A DNA stretch of 63,911 nt, filler included, from Cercozoa sp. M6MM (GCA_040357565.1; 12 parts of 12 records of this genome joined end to end with filler, not necessarily neighbours in it), one strand, 5' to 3'. Numbered from the whole stretch's first letter, positions 13,308-26,808 are shown. The notes: generated by a model from the letters alone, not told the origin. Program-made: numbers and translations.

Positions 13308-13674
13308 TCGAGTGCCTGTCCGGTTTTCCTCTCTCTCGCGGTCTCTTTGCCTTGGGTGTCTCCTCTGCCGACTGACCGAAAGACCGGACCTTCATTTCTT
13401 CTAGACGCCGAACTGAAATCATCATCTGTAGTCCTCACAGAAGCTGCCGCTTCCTCTGCCTGCGCGCGTTTTTCGCTTTAGTTGACGCGCGTGGCAGTGG
13501 CTGCGACGACTGTAGTCTTTTGCTAGCGAAACGTATTACACACGGCTCATCCATGCCAACCAAGCGAAGCAGAGCAGTTAAATTTCGATTTAGCTAAGTT
13601 AGAGATCATCCATCAGTTTTTGTAGTAAAAGGCATCAAATCCATCACTAGCGTCGACATACAAGATCTTTGCGG

Positions 13675-14296
13675 TTACTCAGTCTTTTCGACGCACGAGA
13701 TTGCAGCACGGGACTCGCGATCGGCCACAGCTGCGCACACAGATAGCAATACTAGCAGTTCACACAGACCGCAAAGCAAAGCAAAAACAAAGACGGATGG
13801 GTACCTTGCTGCTGCTGGAACTTCTTCATGTCCTCCTCAGTCATCTCCTGACCGTCGGAACGCTTGGTCGGCACGCGGTTCGTACCCTCGAGCTTGACCA
13901 TAAAGTCCTTCCATGAGTGAGTCGACTTGGGCTTGGGTGTCACACCCAGCTTTCGCCACTGCTGACCGCGACGGAAGTGCATCACTGATTCGGTAAATTT
14001 CTCGTTCTGCAGCTGCTCCGGCACCGCGGGTGCAGGCTACCCAAACACAACCGACAGTACATGCTGTGCTATTTATGACTGGACGTCGCTACCCGGCCCT
14101 CAAGTCGTGAGCGACGCAGAGCCACCTTGTGCTCGCGCTCCGACTCGAACTTTTCAAAAAGCTTGCGCTACACAAACAAATAGAACATACAAAAAACTAA
14201 AACAAACAAAAAAACATGTCGCTGGGAACACAAATAGAAACTGACCTTTTCACGGCGCAGCTTGCGTCCTCTATTCGATCGTCCAGCACGGCCCAT
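13675..14296 (-). CDS. Small basic protein, LLPH/LAP18-like (tentative)
   Basis: Four exons: MGRAGRSNRGRKLRREK|RKLFEKFESEREHKVALRRSRLEG...CVEKTE*. The N-terminus resembles LLPH MAKSLRSKxKRKxRxxKR. Confidence 0.4.
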
Positions 14297-14684
14297 GTCT
14301 TTGACCAGTTACACGCACACACAATGTGCTAGCCAAGTCGGGTGTTTTGGATCAGGCGACGTTCTGAAGCCTGAGGCGTATATGCGTCAAAATGTGCCAA
14401 TTCGGGCAACTACTATAACGCTATCGCACTGGGATCACACGGGCAGTCGTTAACGCAGCCAACGAGCACGGGGTGTCGTGAGCGCTGGTTTTATTAATTT
14501 ATTGTTACAGATTTTTCTGGCTGTGGTGGGTAAATACGCTGTCTGTGGTGCACCAGCAAACGCCCAGCCTACGCGATCGTTGTTTTATTCCTTTAGCGCA
14601 CGCGGTGAGTTGTTACATGGCGCGATGGAACTCGTTTTGGACTCTCATATCGGTGTGATTGTTTGCACCCTCAGTCGAGGCAAA

Positions 14685-17681
14685 ATGGGAGCCAAGCAGG
14701 CGCGCAAGCATGCGCAGAAAATGACCAAGCTGCGCGAAGGTATTTTCACTTTGTATCACCTGTGTGGGTAGATGCAGAGGTCTGTAGGTCGAAGCCAGCG
14801 CGTGTCGAAGCGAATTGACAACACTGACCGCCGGAGTTCGCAGAAGGTATCTTTAGTGAGAACAAACAGGCCCTCGAATGGTGTGAAAGGAAGTAATGTA
14901 TATGTTCTGACTGAGAACAGAGCCAGCGAAGCACGTCGGCGATTCGTATGGAGCGCATGCGAAGCCAGAAACTTCAGCGCGACCGAGATGTGCATACGCA
15001 TATATACGTGCATATATGTATACACATGTATGTCTATACGCACACGTCGGCAGGGCCGTGTCATTGGCGGTGCCTTCCAGTCGTCGGAGGCTGAGTGTGG
15101 CAAGGTCGCTCGCGTCCAGGTGTGTCTCCCTTTTGCTTCCTCGGTTAGGCTTGGCGAGTCTATGTGTGTACTCTCGTGCGTCATGCAGCCCGATCGTCGC
15201 TGGTTCGAGAACACGCGCGTGATTGGTCAGAAGCAGCTCACGCATTTCCGCGAGGAGATGGCCAAGCAGGTGCAGAACGACCCGTACAAGGTCGTGCTGA
15301 GACGCAACTTGGTCCCGATGGGCCTGCTCAATGCCGGCAAAAGTGCGCTTGCCTTTTGGCGTGTGCGTCGTGTCTCTTCCTCAGTTCATTGGCTTGTGTT
15401 GGTACCTAGACGAGAAGGAACAAGTGCGCACTTTGCTGGACAGGGAGAGCTACAGTGACACGTTTGGTGTGTTCTCTTTCTCTCCTTGTTTGTACTGTAT
15501 TGTACTTGATTGTCTTGTATAATTTATTTTTTTGTATGTCGCACAATATTATGTGATGTTGTTTGTGCATATACCTGTGTTGTACTGTACTGTATATTGT
15601 GTTGTTTTGTATCGTATATTGTACTGTATTGTATCGTATGATGTATTGTATTGTATGTTGTATTGTGTGTTGTATTGTATTGTATGTTGTATTGTATTGT
15701 ATGTTGGATTGTATTGTGTTGTATTGTATTGTATGTTGGATTGTATTGTGTTGTATTGAATTGTGTTGTATTGTATTGTATTGCATGCCTGTCGTGTTGA
15801 GTTACAGGCGACAAGGCGCGTCGCAAGCGCCCGACGCTCTCGGTGACGTCGCTGGACGAGATGGTCGCGCAGGTGAGTGTTGTCTTTCGTCCTTTAAATC
15901 CGTTACCTCACCTCTCCCCCAGGCCCAGCAAGAGGCTCTCAAGTACGACGCCTCGAAAGACGCCGACCACGTCAAAGCCACAACCGATGACGATGTAGGT
16001 CTCGTGTCAGTCTTGCTTGTTCCTTGTCACGTCGGTGTTTCTAGGGCTGCGGTGTCGTGGCCGATCCGTTCATGAGGGCCGGTCAGTCCAACCGCATCTG
16101 GTCGGAGCTGTACAAGGTACCCTGTCCTGCCTACTTGGTGTCTGGGTTGTTAGTTTCGTTTTTTGCTATCTTTATACCTGCCCCCTTGACAGGTCATTGA
16201 CTCGTCGGACGTGCTGATCCAAGTGGTACCAGACACTGCTTGTTTCGTTTTGTACCACCCCCCCCCTTGACTCTTCTAATGTGTGCGTGCAGCTGGATGC
16301 ACGCGACCCGCAGGGCACTCGGTGTCTGCACATTGAGCGACACCTGCGTGAACGCGAGCCGCACAAACACATGGTGTGCCTGACTTATCCCTTGTTCCCC
16401 TACCCTCTGTCCGCTACCGATCTCCTCTGACCAGGTCATTGTGCTGAACAAGTGCGACCTGGTGCCAACCTGGGCGGTGGCACGGTGGATCAAGCTGCAC
16501 ACTGTCCAAGGTACAATGCGCCTCTCCCTTTTTCTCCCTCTGTTATAATGCCTTGTGTGCGTGCACTCCTCAGGGCAAGAGTTTCGGCAAAGGCGCTCTC
16601 ATTGCGCTGCTACGACAGTTTGCGACGCTGCACAAGGACCGTCGTTCGGTAGCTTCTTTGCTTGCTCCTGCCCTCCGGCTGTCGTTTCTTTGTCCTTGCC
16701 CTTGTGCATGTGTGTACCGTGTGTGTGTGTGTGTGTATGTGTACTGTGTGTGTATGTGTGTATGTGTGTGTGTGTGTATGTGTGTGTATGTGTGTGTGTA
16801 TGTATGTGTGTGTGTGTGTCTGTGGTGTGTGTGTGTGTGTCTGTGTATGTATGTCCTTGTGAGCAGGTGAGTGTGGGTCTCATCGGGTACCCCAACGTGG
16901 GCAAGAGCAGCGTGATCAACACGCTGCGCGACAAGCGCGTGTGCCGCACGGCACCGGTGCCGGGCGAGACCAAGGTGTGGCAGTACATCACGCTCTTCCA
17001 GCGTGTCTTCCTGATCGACTGTCCCGGCGTCGTGTACGATGGTACCAAGGACACGCACGTCGACACGGTGCTCAAGGGCGTCGTCATGGTCGAGAAGGTC
17101 GACGAACCGGCCTCGTACGCCGCCGACATCCTGCGTCGCGTCAAGGCGCGCGACATCACGCGTGCCTACGGCATTCCGGTGCGCGGACTTCCTGTTACAC
17201 ATACACACACATACATATATATATATATATATGTGTGTGTATATACATACATGCATACATACATGCATACATACATGCATACATATACACAGGAGTGGGA
17301 GAATGCCGACGACTTTCTGGAGAAGTTTGCACGCAAGCGCGGCAAGCTCGTCAAGGTACACTTGTGTCGTATGTCGTGTGATAGACCACAATACCCTATT
17401 TCCCACCTTTGACTTTACTCATTCCTCTGGTCAGGGCGGCGAACCCGACATCAATGCCGTCGGACGTCTGCTGCTGGCTGACTACATGCGTGGCCGCCTG
17501 CCCTGGTATCTTATCGCTCTCAACACTGCGCGTCGTTTAGATCAACCCGCCTTCCAGGTTCGTGGCCCCGCCGTTCGAAACCGAGCTTGAGCGGCAAAAG
17601 TACCTCGCCAAGCGGCGCAAGCAGGCTGCGCTGGCCGACGAGGGCACCGACGCCGCCGTGGCGCCTGTCGCAGCAGCCTGA
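14685..17681 (+). CDS. NOG2: Nucleolar GTP-binding protein 2 (circularly permuted GTPase)
   Basis: ARVQ|[26 protein letters not shown]|[87 protein letters not shown]. An apparent lesion lies near 16495-16510 (see findings). Confidence 0.95.
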
Positions 17682-18729
17682 CTGATCACTCGAACAGAAG
17701 ACTAAAACGAGATAGTCTGTACGATTTGGTAAAACGTGCTCTGGGTGCTAGGAGACAAGTAGGCAGACAGCAAATGTTGTTACGGCATAGCGTTTCTCAA
17801 CCAGTCAAATCTGAACCAGGGTGGTTAATAGAAAAGGATTTGTTTTGCAAGACCTGACTTTCTAGCTTGGGTTCAAGCTTTCAACAGCTCGCGCTCTTTG
17901 ATTGTTATTTTTCAATTGCCATCAACGCAACAAGCCTTCGAGCCCGCGACGACCTTTTCTAAATTAATTTACAATTTACAAGGATATGTCTTCTGATTCT
18001 CCTTCGACGCCATTCTAACTGACGTTATACTTCCTTTATTTAGTCGTCTTCAATATCTTACCTTAGTGAGCGGTTTGCAATCCCTGGTTTCCGTACCGCA
18101 ACAATGCAAGTACAGCGAGGAAGCAACAAGAGGCTGAAATGGTCCGGAACGGTCAGCTTGAGTCAGGGCCTAGAAGTTGAGTTCAACAATACCTCTGTAG
18201 GGTGCTGATAAGCTGCCACAGGAAGAACGATGTTGGCATGAAGGCGACCTACTAGCTTGATACGAGCATCCAAGTGGTCCATCAACAAGGTTTCGCGCTG
18301 GGACGACAGCATAAATTTAACGGAGGAGGCGACTCCGAGCTCAAATTGTTGATCAAAGGGAACCGCAAAACACCCTGCCAGTTTGGCGGACGTAGAACCT
18401 CAGTCGTCGGCTTCGTTCTGCCCAAACACCGGCAGATGTGCTGGACAATACGCCCAGTGACGAGTCCGCTGGGGTTTCGTGCAAGCTCAGAGTTAAAACG
18501 CGGGTGGAGGAGGTGGGGGTCAAAGGGTAAATATGTAGGGGGGGTTCGGTTTTGCCTCGAAATACCAAGCCGTGCAAACAATTTCACACGCAATGCGCAT
18601 GTACGACGGGTGATCGACACAGTAAATTTAGAGTAAATTATATGTCGTGTTCGCCAATTCGTCCTGTCGTTAAATTTACTTGTATTCGAATTAACCAGTG
18701 TCGGTGCAAGTACTGTATCGTATTACTGG

Positions 18730-18815
18730 TTGTAGGGCGGGTCGAAAGTGCACGGCCGTCGACAGCCCACTCAAGGTAGGACCGCCCAACTCCCTTTTGA
18801 CGTTCCCGAGACAAG
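18730..18815 (-). mobile_element. Diverged partial copy of the same LINE 3'UTR
   Basis: Reverse complement TGTCTCGGGAACGTCAAAAGGGAGTTG..GGTCCTACC..GGGC..GACGGCC.TGC..GACCC.CCC aligns with about 62015-62100. Confidence 0.7.
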
Positions 18816-18895
18816 GATCCTTCCGTCTGCCTTTGTGGCTTGAGCATCCGACTGGCCGGACAAGATAATGCACTTGGCTGGGCTAACTAAGCTAT

Positions 18896-21800
18896 CTACG
18901 GCTGGTCGAGTCCATTGTTGTTGCTTTCGGCGGCGGCAACCTGTCGCAGGAAGCGCGTCATGTACTGCACGGCCAGTTTGCGCACACGCATGCGGTGCTC
19001 GTCCAGGAAGGCATGCGCGCCTAATTGTATCGGTACCGGTACATGTTATGGTACAAGAGAGCAGAGGGGCGTGGGAGAGATGCTGTACCAACAGGCGGCG
19101 ACAGTCGCCGCAGTCGTTCTACAGTTTTGTGCGTCACCTTGCGTGCGCACTAAAGAGCACGCCCGCCATGCACAGATATGGAACACGATGACAGGGAGGA
19201 CAGTGCATACCTCCTTGAACAGATCGCGTGGCAGTCGCTGTCCCTTGTGGCGCTGGATCTTGCTCAACTCCTCCGTCACATGCGCCGCCTGGGGGGGGGG
19301 GGGGGTGGTAAATGGCAAGCGATAAGGATTAACATATCAAGGGTACAATGATCTTTTTGGCCGAATGCGCACTCTCTCGTTTCTCTGCTCTCTTTTTCTT
19401 CTTCTTGCCGCCTGAGTCAAAGAAGGCAGGAAGGGGAGGGTAGGGTCAATGGCAGCACAGAGACGAGCGCTACCTTTGTCAGAAACGTGCTCATCGAACG
19501 ACGGCAGACGCTCGATTCGAGGTCGTTTCTTTGGCTTACTACACATGGCGTTTAATCCCCCTAGACTTTCTTCGCCCACTCCCCCGTGTCCCATGGGCCA
19601 CAAGCATCAAGAGTACACGGCAGGCTTGCTGTCCACCGACAACAGCGACATGTCGACACTCGTGTCCAGAGCGGCGGCCTCGTCGTCCTGCATTCGAGTC
19701 TCGTGCTGCTCGGTGTCAACATCAAGCGACACCAGCGACGCCAGTTCGTCCAACTGCGCGCCTATCTCGGTCTTGTTACCTGCCCAACAGGGAGGTACAG
19801 AACACGCTAGCCAGGGAGGGAGAGGGGCAGGTACCGACAATGGCAGCATCGGCAAGCTTTGCAAACTCGTCCTGCCCAACACATAGTACAAGTAGGCACC
19901 GTGTGTCCAAGTGGCCAGTGTGCACAAGTATCCACATGGAGCACTCGAAATGGCGGTACCTCCGACAGGCGCACCGACTCGGTGGCGTGCTGCACGTGCC
20001 GCACGTGCGTCGTCACACTGACGACCTCAGCCTCGCTCATGTCGAGATCGATGGCGACTGTCTTGGTCTGTGCCGTGTCGTCTGCTCGGTCCTGGTCTCG
20101 CTCCGCGTGGTCCGCGTCGTCCGTACGGTCCTGACTGTCCGGGCGGTCGCTGTCCGCGCGGTCGGGGACGATTTCCTTGCGCGTGTCGGTACTGGCAGCG
20201 CTCACCTTGTCCGTGTGGCGCAGCAGGCGCTGTCTCACGTCGAGTGGCACGTGCGGCAACTGCTGCTGCCACACCGACAGCAGCTCCTCGTCGGCACACG
20301 TCCACTGCAGCAGCCGCTCGTCGCACGGCACACGGAAGGCACCGTCCGACTCGAGTTCTGTCCGGTAGTCGTACAATATTGAACGAATGGTAAAGGTCCT
20401 GAGGGGAGGGGTACCACCGGAGGACACGTGACCGACACAGCCGACAATACGCGGCTCCGACTCGTTCTTCCCAAGCACTCTCTCGCGCACCTGTGAGGAG
20501 ACAAATGGGGGATCATGGGAAGCGTGCGGGCACAACGGTAAACGAGGGAATAAAGGCGGTAGAAAGGAGTAAACAACACACCTTCTGCTGCTCCTGCAGC
20601 GCGAGTCGCACGGCTCGGCGCGTGTCGTAGAAACGGTGCGACGACTTCTCGCGCAGCCACTCGCTCTGCCGACACACACACAAGCCATACCTCGCGACTA
20701 CTACAAGTCTACCTATGTCTGGGCAAGAGGTACCAAGGTGTCATCCAGGAGAGCTTGGTGCACATCGCCTGCCACCTGCGAGGCAAGTGTTTTGGTAGCA
20801 CACATGAATGTAGAATGGGGGAGGAGGTACACGGAGGGCACTCCACAAGGCGCCGGCAACCTTGGTCGGATGCTCGCGACACGTGGCCTCGCCTGCCCAG
20901 AAGATGCGTCCGCACGGACGACGCATGCGATCGTAGTCCGACCTGCAACGCAGACTTACCACATATCAGACCGGTCAGTCCACAGGGAGGGGTACCCTTC
21001 GCCTCCCGTGGAAACATACGAGTACGACATCTGTGCGTACGGGTCGCTTGCCCTGTTGGTACAAACACAAGCCCACATACGTACACTGTCGATACACCGA
21101 CACAGTGTCTCACAAAGCAACGACACCAGCGCGTGTGCCACATGTCACTCGGTTCCGGTGCCTGCTCGGCCTGCGTGCTGCCTGCCATTCGGGCTGCTTG
21201 CCATGCCGCCTGTATCAGCATTGTACCCACAGACACATGCACACATGCCTTCCGCAGACGGTGGGATACCTGGACAGCTGCCTGGATCAGTTCGGACTGC
21301 TGGGACGACGTGTGTTTCTCATCGGGCTCGCCTTTCTCCAGCTCTTCCGCCGAGTCGCCTGCACAGCAACCACACAGTCCTCTGAGTGCATACACTAGTG
21401 CACACACACACACACACACACTGTGCACATACACTAACGTACCGGCACACAGTGCAACCAGCGCCGGAACGCCTGTGACGTGCCGCATGTTCCAGAACAT
21501 GAAGTGTCGTCCGCGCTGACGCGAAGGCCACTCGTCCTGCTAAACAGACTGGTGTGCGAACTGTTCTCTCGCATAGACACTTGCAGAAGCTAGGCATACC
21601 GGTGTGTCGTCGATATGGCACCAGCCAAACTGCGCCACGTCGGGCCAGAAGCACTCGTCGTACACCAGCACAACTGAAGTGAAACGCACACGCATTCGGA
21701 CATACCGCAGTCGGACAAAATCGGTCCGATTAAGACATAGAAAAATAGGCCAGTGTACTTTTGTTAAGCAGACCGGCGCCAAGATTCTTAAGAGCACGTC

Positions 21801-24532
21801 TCTTGAACTTGGGCTGCCCACATAAACCACAGTGAGTCACTATGTGAAGAGTGTGGTGTGGGCGGGTGTGGGGCTTAAAATGCATACCAGTGGCGGGTCG
21901 AACTTGATCTGTTTCGACTTGAGCACGCCGAGCGGTACAGTGACCACGGCAGCGTCGGCCTTGAGTGTGACGCCATTGGCGTGCACCGTGACGCCGCCAC
22001 TGCCGCTTGAGGACTCTTCTTCGAGCGCGGTATCGCCATGTGTGCTGAAGTCGGTCCACTCGATGCACGAGACCGGGTGCTCGAGCCGCACGTCCAGATC
22101 CTCGGCCAGTGTCTGCACCATGGTCTGGTAGCCGCGCTTGAGCGAGAAATGCGCGCCCTTCCACTCTATGCTGCGCCCCTGTGCCACGGCTGCACACACA
22201 CACATACATAAATAGAAATAGATATATATATATATATATACACATGCATGCATAAATTCTATAGGGGGGTACCGCCCTCGTCGCTGTCCCAGTCAGTGAG
22301 TGACACCTTGTTCAACGGCGCCGCGCAACCGTACTCCATGTTGGCAATGTGCCACGCCACCAGACTAGAAGACTCTCAAGATGTGTCAGTATAGATGTGT
22401 CAGTATAGATGTGTCAATATACGCGCGAAGAGGTACCTGCGAATGACAGGTGACCACCTCTCAAGCAGACCGAGTTTCGTGGCCGCCGTCTGCATGGCTT
22501 CCAGCAACGACAGGCGACGACGGACTTTGAACAGTCCGGCGGCGCAGTCCTCAACCTACCGGAGGAAGTAGATTGGTGAGGGTACTGGTAACACAGGTGC
22601 TGGATCACACAATGCTACCTGCTTCTTATCGAGTGGAACACATAGCTCACGTTCTCGCAGGTAGTGCTGTCTCTGTTCGCCTGTGAGGTCGGGGAAGCGA
22701 GCAAGCACATTCACAATGTCCAACAACCTACACACACATATGGACAGACAATGCGCTTGCTCCCAAAGTAGCCAAGACTAAAAGGAAGAGTTCGCACCGA
22801 TCGAACTCGGCCAGCGCAGTGTCGTCTGCTTCCGGTGTTATCTAAAGTCCAGAGATTACAAGGAGTGACGTAGGGAACATCTGGAGTCAAAACAAAGGCA
22901 CCTTGTTGGTGTCGACACCGCCATAAATCTTGCACTCAAACCCAACCTGCCAAAACTCGCACATTATTTTGCATACAACGGGGGGGGGGGGGGGAAAAGC
23001 TACCTGTGTGGTCTGCGAGAACTTGTTGTCCAAACTGCGATCCTGCCGCAGCAGCACCGTCACCGGGTTGCCGCGTGGTCCCGTGATCAGAGAGGCTACA
23101 CGTGCACGTGCGACCATGCATAACACGTTTGCAAATGTGCATAAAGGATACCGCCCTGGTCGATGCCGACATCGCCAAAGTTTCTGTAGACATGGCGGGG
23201 GGGGAGGCAAGGTACTGGATGGAACACGGTAGGGACAAAAGGGTACCGAGTCCATGTGCGTCCGCCAACACGATCGCGTGCCTCCAGAACAATCACGCGG
23301 TGGCCCAAGCGGCGCAGTTGCCTGTCAGGGGGAGGGGATCAAGGTGAGGAGTATAGGGAAACAAGAAAAGATGTGCCTACCGCGCAGCACACACGCCAGC
23401 CGGCCCAGCGCCAATGACAAGGACGCGGTGCGACATCTGTGCACCTGCAGGAAGCAGAACGATAACCATAGTAACTAAGGAACACGGAGGAAGAAGAGGT
23501 ACTCAGAGGGATCGGGTGTCCACGCAGTGCTTGTACAACAGCCTCTTGGACCACATCCTCCTTTAATCTGGGGAGAAGGGGCATACCGTAGAGCGGCAGA
23601 AGTGGGGTAGAGGTACCGCGTGGTGTCGCCGCGCATGTGCGCCAGCTCAGGCAGCACGTGCTGCGTCTCGGGCGACAGGCAGAGGCCCCAGTTGATCCAG
23701 CCGTACTGCACGAGGAAGTCGTAGACACGGCGTCCAAATGGCACTGTCCAGACACGCGTGAGTACTCTCTCGACGTGAGAAATAGCATGTACCCAGTGCC
23801 TCTGGCAAGTGCGACCGCACAACGTCAAAGTGCAAATGTCGCTGCGTGCCTCGAGTGCTCCACAGGTAACACACCAAGTTACGGATCTTGACTGCACCCC
23901 ACCAAGCAAAATACATACATGTCAGGCCTCAGGGGCAAGAAACATGGAGTCGGATACGGTAGATCTGCCGACCAACGGAGTGCTTCAACAGTGGAGCCTC
24001 GCCATCTGCAGTCAGCGTGCGTGCAAAGTATCTCCTAAACACAGGGAACATCGCACACGAACACACACAACCCTTGCGAAGCACAAGTCTTGTACCATTC
24101 GTCCAGCAGAGGCCGCGAGGGCGACAGACAGCAGCGCAGCGTGTGAGCAGCGTGCTGCCGTTTCTGCCGACACAAACAAGACACTCGCACTTAACAAAAC
24201 CAGTTCGACTGTTCCAAGTACCACAGTGTCCCACAGCACAGACTTTAGTTTATCCTGCGGCAGTCGTTGCCACACACGCGCGTCTTCCTCTCGCCGGGAC
24301 ACCGGTGCTAAGTCCTCGTCCTAAAGGGTCAAACCACTTGAGAAACACCACATACGATGGCAAAACAAAACACAACTTTGCACCAGTGCATCACTGCCGA
24401 TTGCGTCCTTTTCGCGAGCATCTACAATTTCGCGAGTACATTTGTATCAAAGCGCCGTTCTTTGCTTTTTATTGGTTAATTGTTACCCGAGACATCTTGG
24501 TCACTGGCTTTACGACGACGCTTAGCGTCCAT
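18896..24532 (-). CDS. KDM1: Lysine-specific histone demethylase 1 family (SWIRM + FAD amine oxidase) with C-terminal extension
   Basis: SWIRM: IRNLVCYLW, RRVYDFLVQYGWINWG. FAD binding: VLVIGAGPAG, VIVLEARDRVGGRTWT. Oxidase: WHIANMEYGCAAPL, ADAAVVTVPLGVLK, LGAGLLNK, SDPYAQMSYSYV, IFWAGEATCREHPTKVAGA. Start MDAKRRRK at 24532; stop at 18896 inferred from splicing. Confidence 0.9.
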
Positions 24533-24688
24533 TAGAACATAAAGTAATGTAATTGAACGTGCGCACACACCCAGGGAACGTGGCGAACACAGAGTTCTAG
24601 ATTGGTTGCAGCGGAACGCTGGAGGGACAAAAAATTCAAAAATTAAATTCGCGCAACACCGGTTATTCCTTGCGTCAGGCTACTCAAA

Positions 24689-25400
24689 ATGGTACGAACA
24701 TTACACAGATAGGCCGCACTTGCGCTGCGACAATTTTTGTCGTCCTGCTCGACTTTTCGCGCTTCGGCGTTGTTGGGTCGCGTGCGAGCTCGAAAGGCGT
24801 CTGATGATACCCCTGTTGTGTGCAGGTCCAGCGTCTCGCCTACCGTCGTCGTCATTCGTACAACACGAAGTCGAACAAGGTCGCTCCGTAAGTTGTTCTG
24901 TTTCACTAAGGCTCCAGATGCGTCAGGCGTGCTTGTAGCGCGTGCTGGCCTTTTGGCGGCTGTTTCTAATTTAGTGACTTTTGATTGGATTTGTGTCTGG
25001 CGCGGTTTTGTTTTGTTGTTATTTTTGGCATTGGCAGGGTGAAGACGCCGGGTGGCAAGCTCGCCCTTCAGTACCTGAAGAAGCGCGGCACCGTCCCGAA
25101 GTGCGGTGACTGCGGCGTCAAGATCAACGGCGTCGCTGCCACGCGTCAGGGCTTCGCCACCAAGCTGTCGAAGCACCAGCGCACGGTTTCGCGCGCCTAC
25201 GGTGGTGTCCTCTGCCACATGTGCGTCAAGAAGCGTGTCCTGCGTGCCTTCCTCGTCGAGGAGCAGCGCGTTGTGACGAAGCTCATGAAGGAGCGTGCCG
25301 CCGCTGAGAAGAAGGTGCCTTTCCGTATATTTTTTTTAAAAACCCCTAGTAGACATGTAATGTTTATGTATGCAAACAGGCCACCAAGAGCAAGAACTAA
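24689..25400 (+). CDS. RPL34: 60S ribosomal protein L34 (eL34)
   Basis: M|VQRLAYRRRHSYNTKSNKVAP|VKTPGGKLALQYLKK...CGDCG...TVSRAYGGVLC...RAFLVEEQ...|ATKSKN*. Three introns. Confidence 0.97.
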
Positions 25401-25722
25401 GCATCGTTTTGTTTTCACGTTCGACACAGTAGCTTGACCAACTTTAACTACCTACACAAAAAAACGAAACTTGGCGCTCACGTCAATTTGAGGATTCTTC
25501 AGTGTCGTTCAATCTGAACGAACGGCAGGCCCAGTTGTGTGAGGTCAAAACACGGTAAAATTAGGTCTTGCTCCCGACCACCGCCAAACACTCTGGCTTC
25601 AATCGGGTGCGGATTAAAAACGCCTCTGACCCGCCCGTCCTGTGGTTCTCGCGTCATGTTTGTCGGGCGACTGCTGAATCGCAGGGTGGGCTAAAATGAC
25701 TCAACCTAACGCCTCAATTCGA

Positions 25723-26562
25723 TTATGCCATGCGCGTCGCCTGGAAGATTTCGATCCAGTACTACACACAGACAGAGTCGAGATATCGAGCCCAAGTGCA
25801 CGACAACGAAAAGTGTACCTGGTCGGGGTCCTTGATGAAAGCGATGTGGTGCATCGAGCCGTCGGATAGTCGTTTCTGGAAGTCGACGTTGAGCTGCTCG
25901 AAGCGGGCGCAGGCAGCCTCCACGTCGGGCACGGCCACTTCCCAACAACAACGATATGCACAAGCGAATGCCAACTAGATCGAGAGGTGTGTGATACCGC
26001 CAATGTGACCAAAGCCACGCGGGTCCGAGTTGCCATTGTGGTAGCCGGCAAAGTCGGCGTCGTTCTCGGTGCCCCAGTTGTGCGTCAGTTCGACTGTTCC
26101 CGGCTGTCGGAAGGTCCACTGGACGCGCTCCTTTTCGTCCTCAGGAATGTCCTCCTTGTTGGCGTAGCTACAGCAACAAAGCGACGTGTTTTGGAGCATA
26201 CAAAAACACGCGCAAACAAAGTGCGCATACCCTACAAAGTAGAGCGAGAACTTCCACTGGTCAAAGTGCAGCTCGCACAGCAGTCGCATGCCGAGAACGC
26301 GCGTCTGCCCACACATTGACCCCTGATTTATGACACTGACTGACAAAACCAGGCTGAACTACGTAGAAGTCGAGCGAAGCCTTTGGATCGCGGATGCGCA
26401 GCATGGTTTGCTGCATCACATAGTCGCGCGTCCTGCACAGCAAATTGCGCAATATGTGCGCAAATCGTTTCATTTCGGATATTGGACACATGCGATCATG
26501 ACATACTCCGGGGCAGGCTCGACGACAGCACTCTTGATGTCTGCGAAGTTAGGGGCACTCAT
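25723..26562 (-). CDS. GLO1: Glyoxalase I (lactoylglutathione lyase)
   Basis: [18 protein letters not shown]|TRVLGM, FSLYFVG|[26 protein letters not shown]|[14 protein letters not shown]|YWIEI. Confidence 0.96.
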
Positions 26563-26808
26563 TGACGCACTATGTTCAGTATTGTAAGGCAAATCTCACA
26601 AAACACAAAACGGAATTTTCTGCGTGTTTTAGTTAAGGACGCTTTTTAGAATACAGCAGCCCTGCTGCCCTCGACTCAAAGAAAGACGGGTTACTGGGGC
26701 AGTCTGCTGTGCGTATTAAAGAGCTCATCAGGTTCTAAAAATGGTAAGTTTCTTCTTTGTTTCTTCAACTCGAAAGAGCGGCGGTGACTGGTTTGTGATG
26801 GATAGGTT

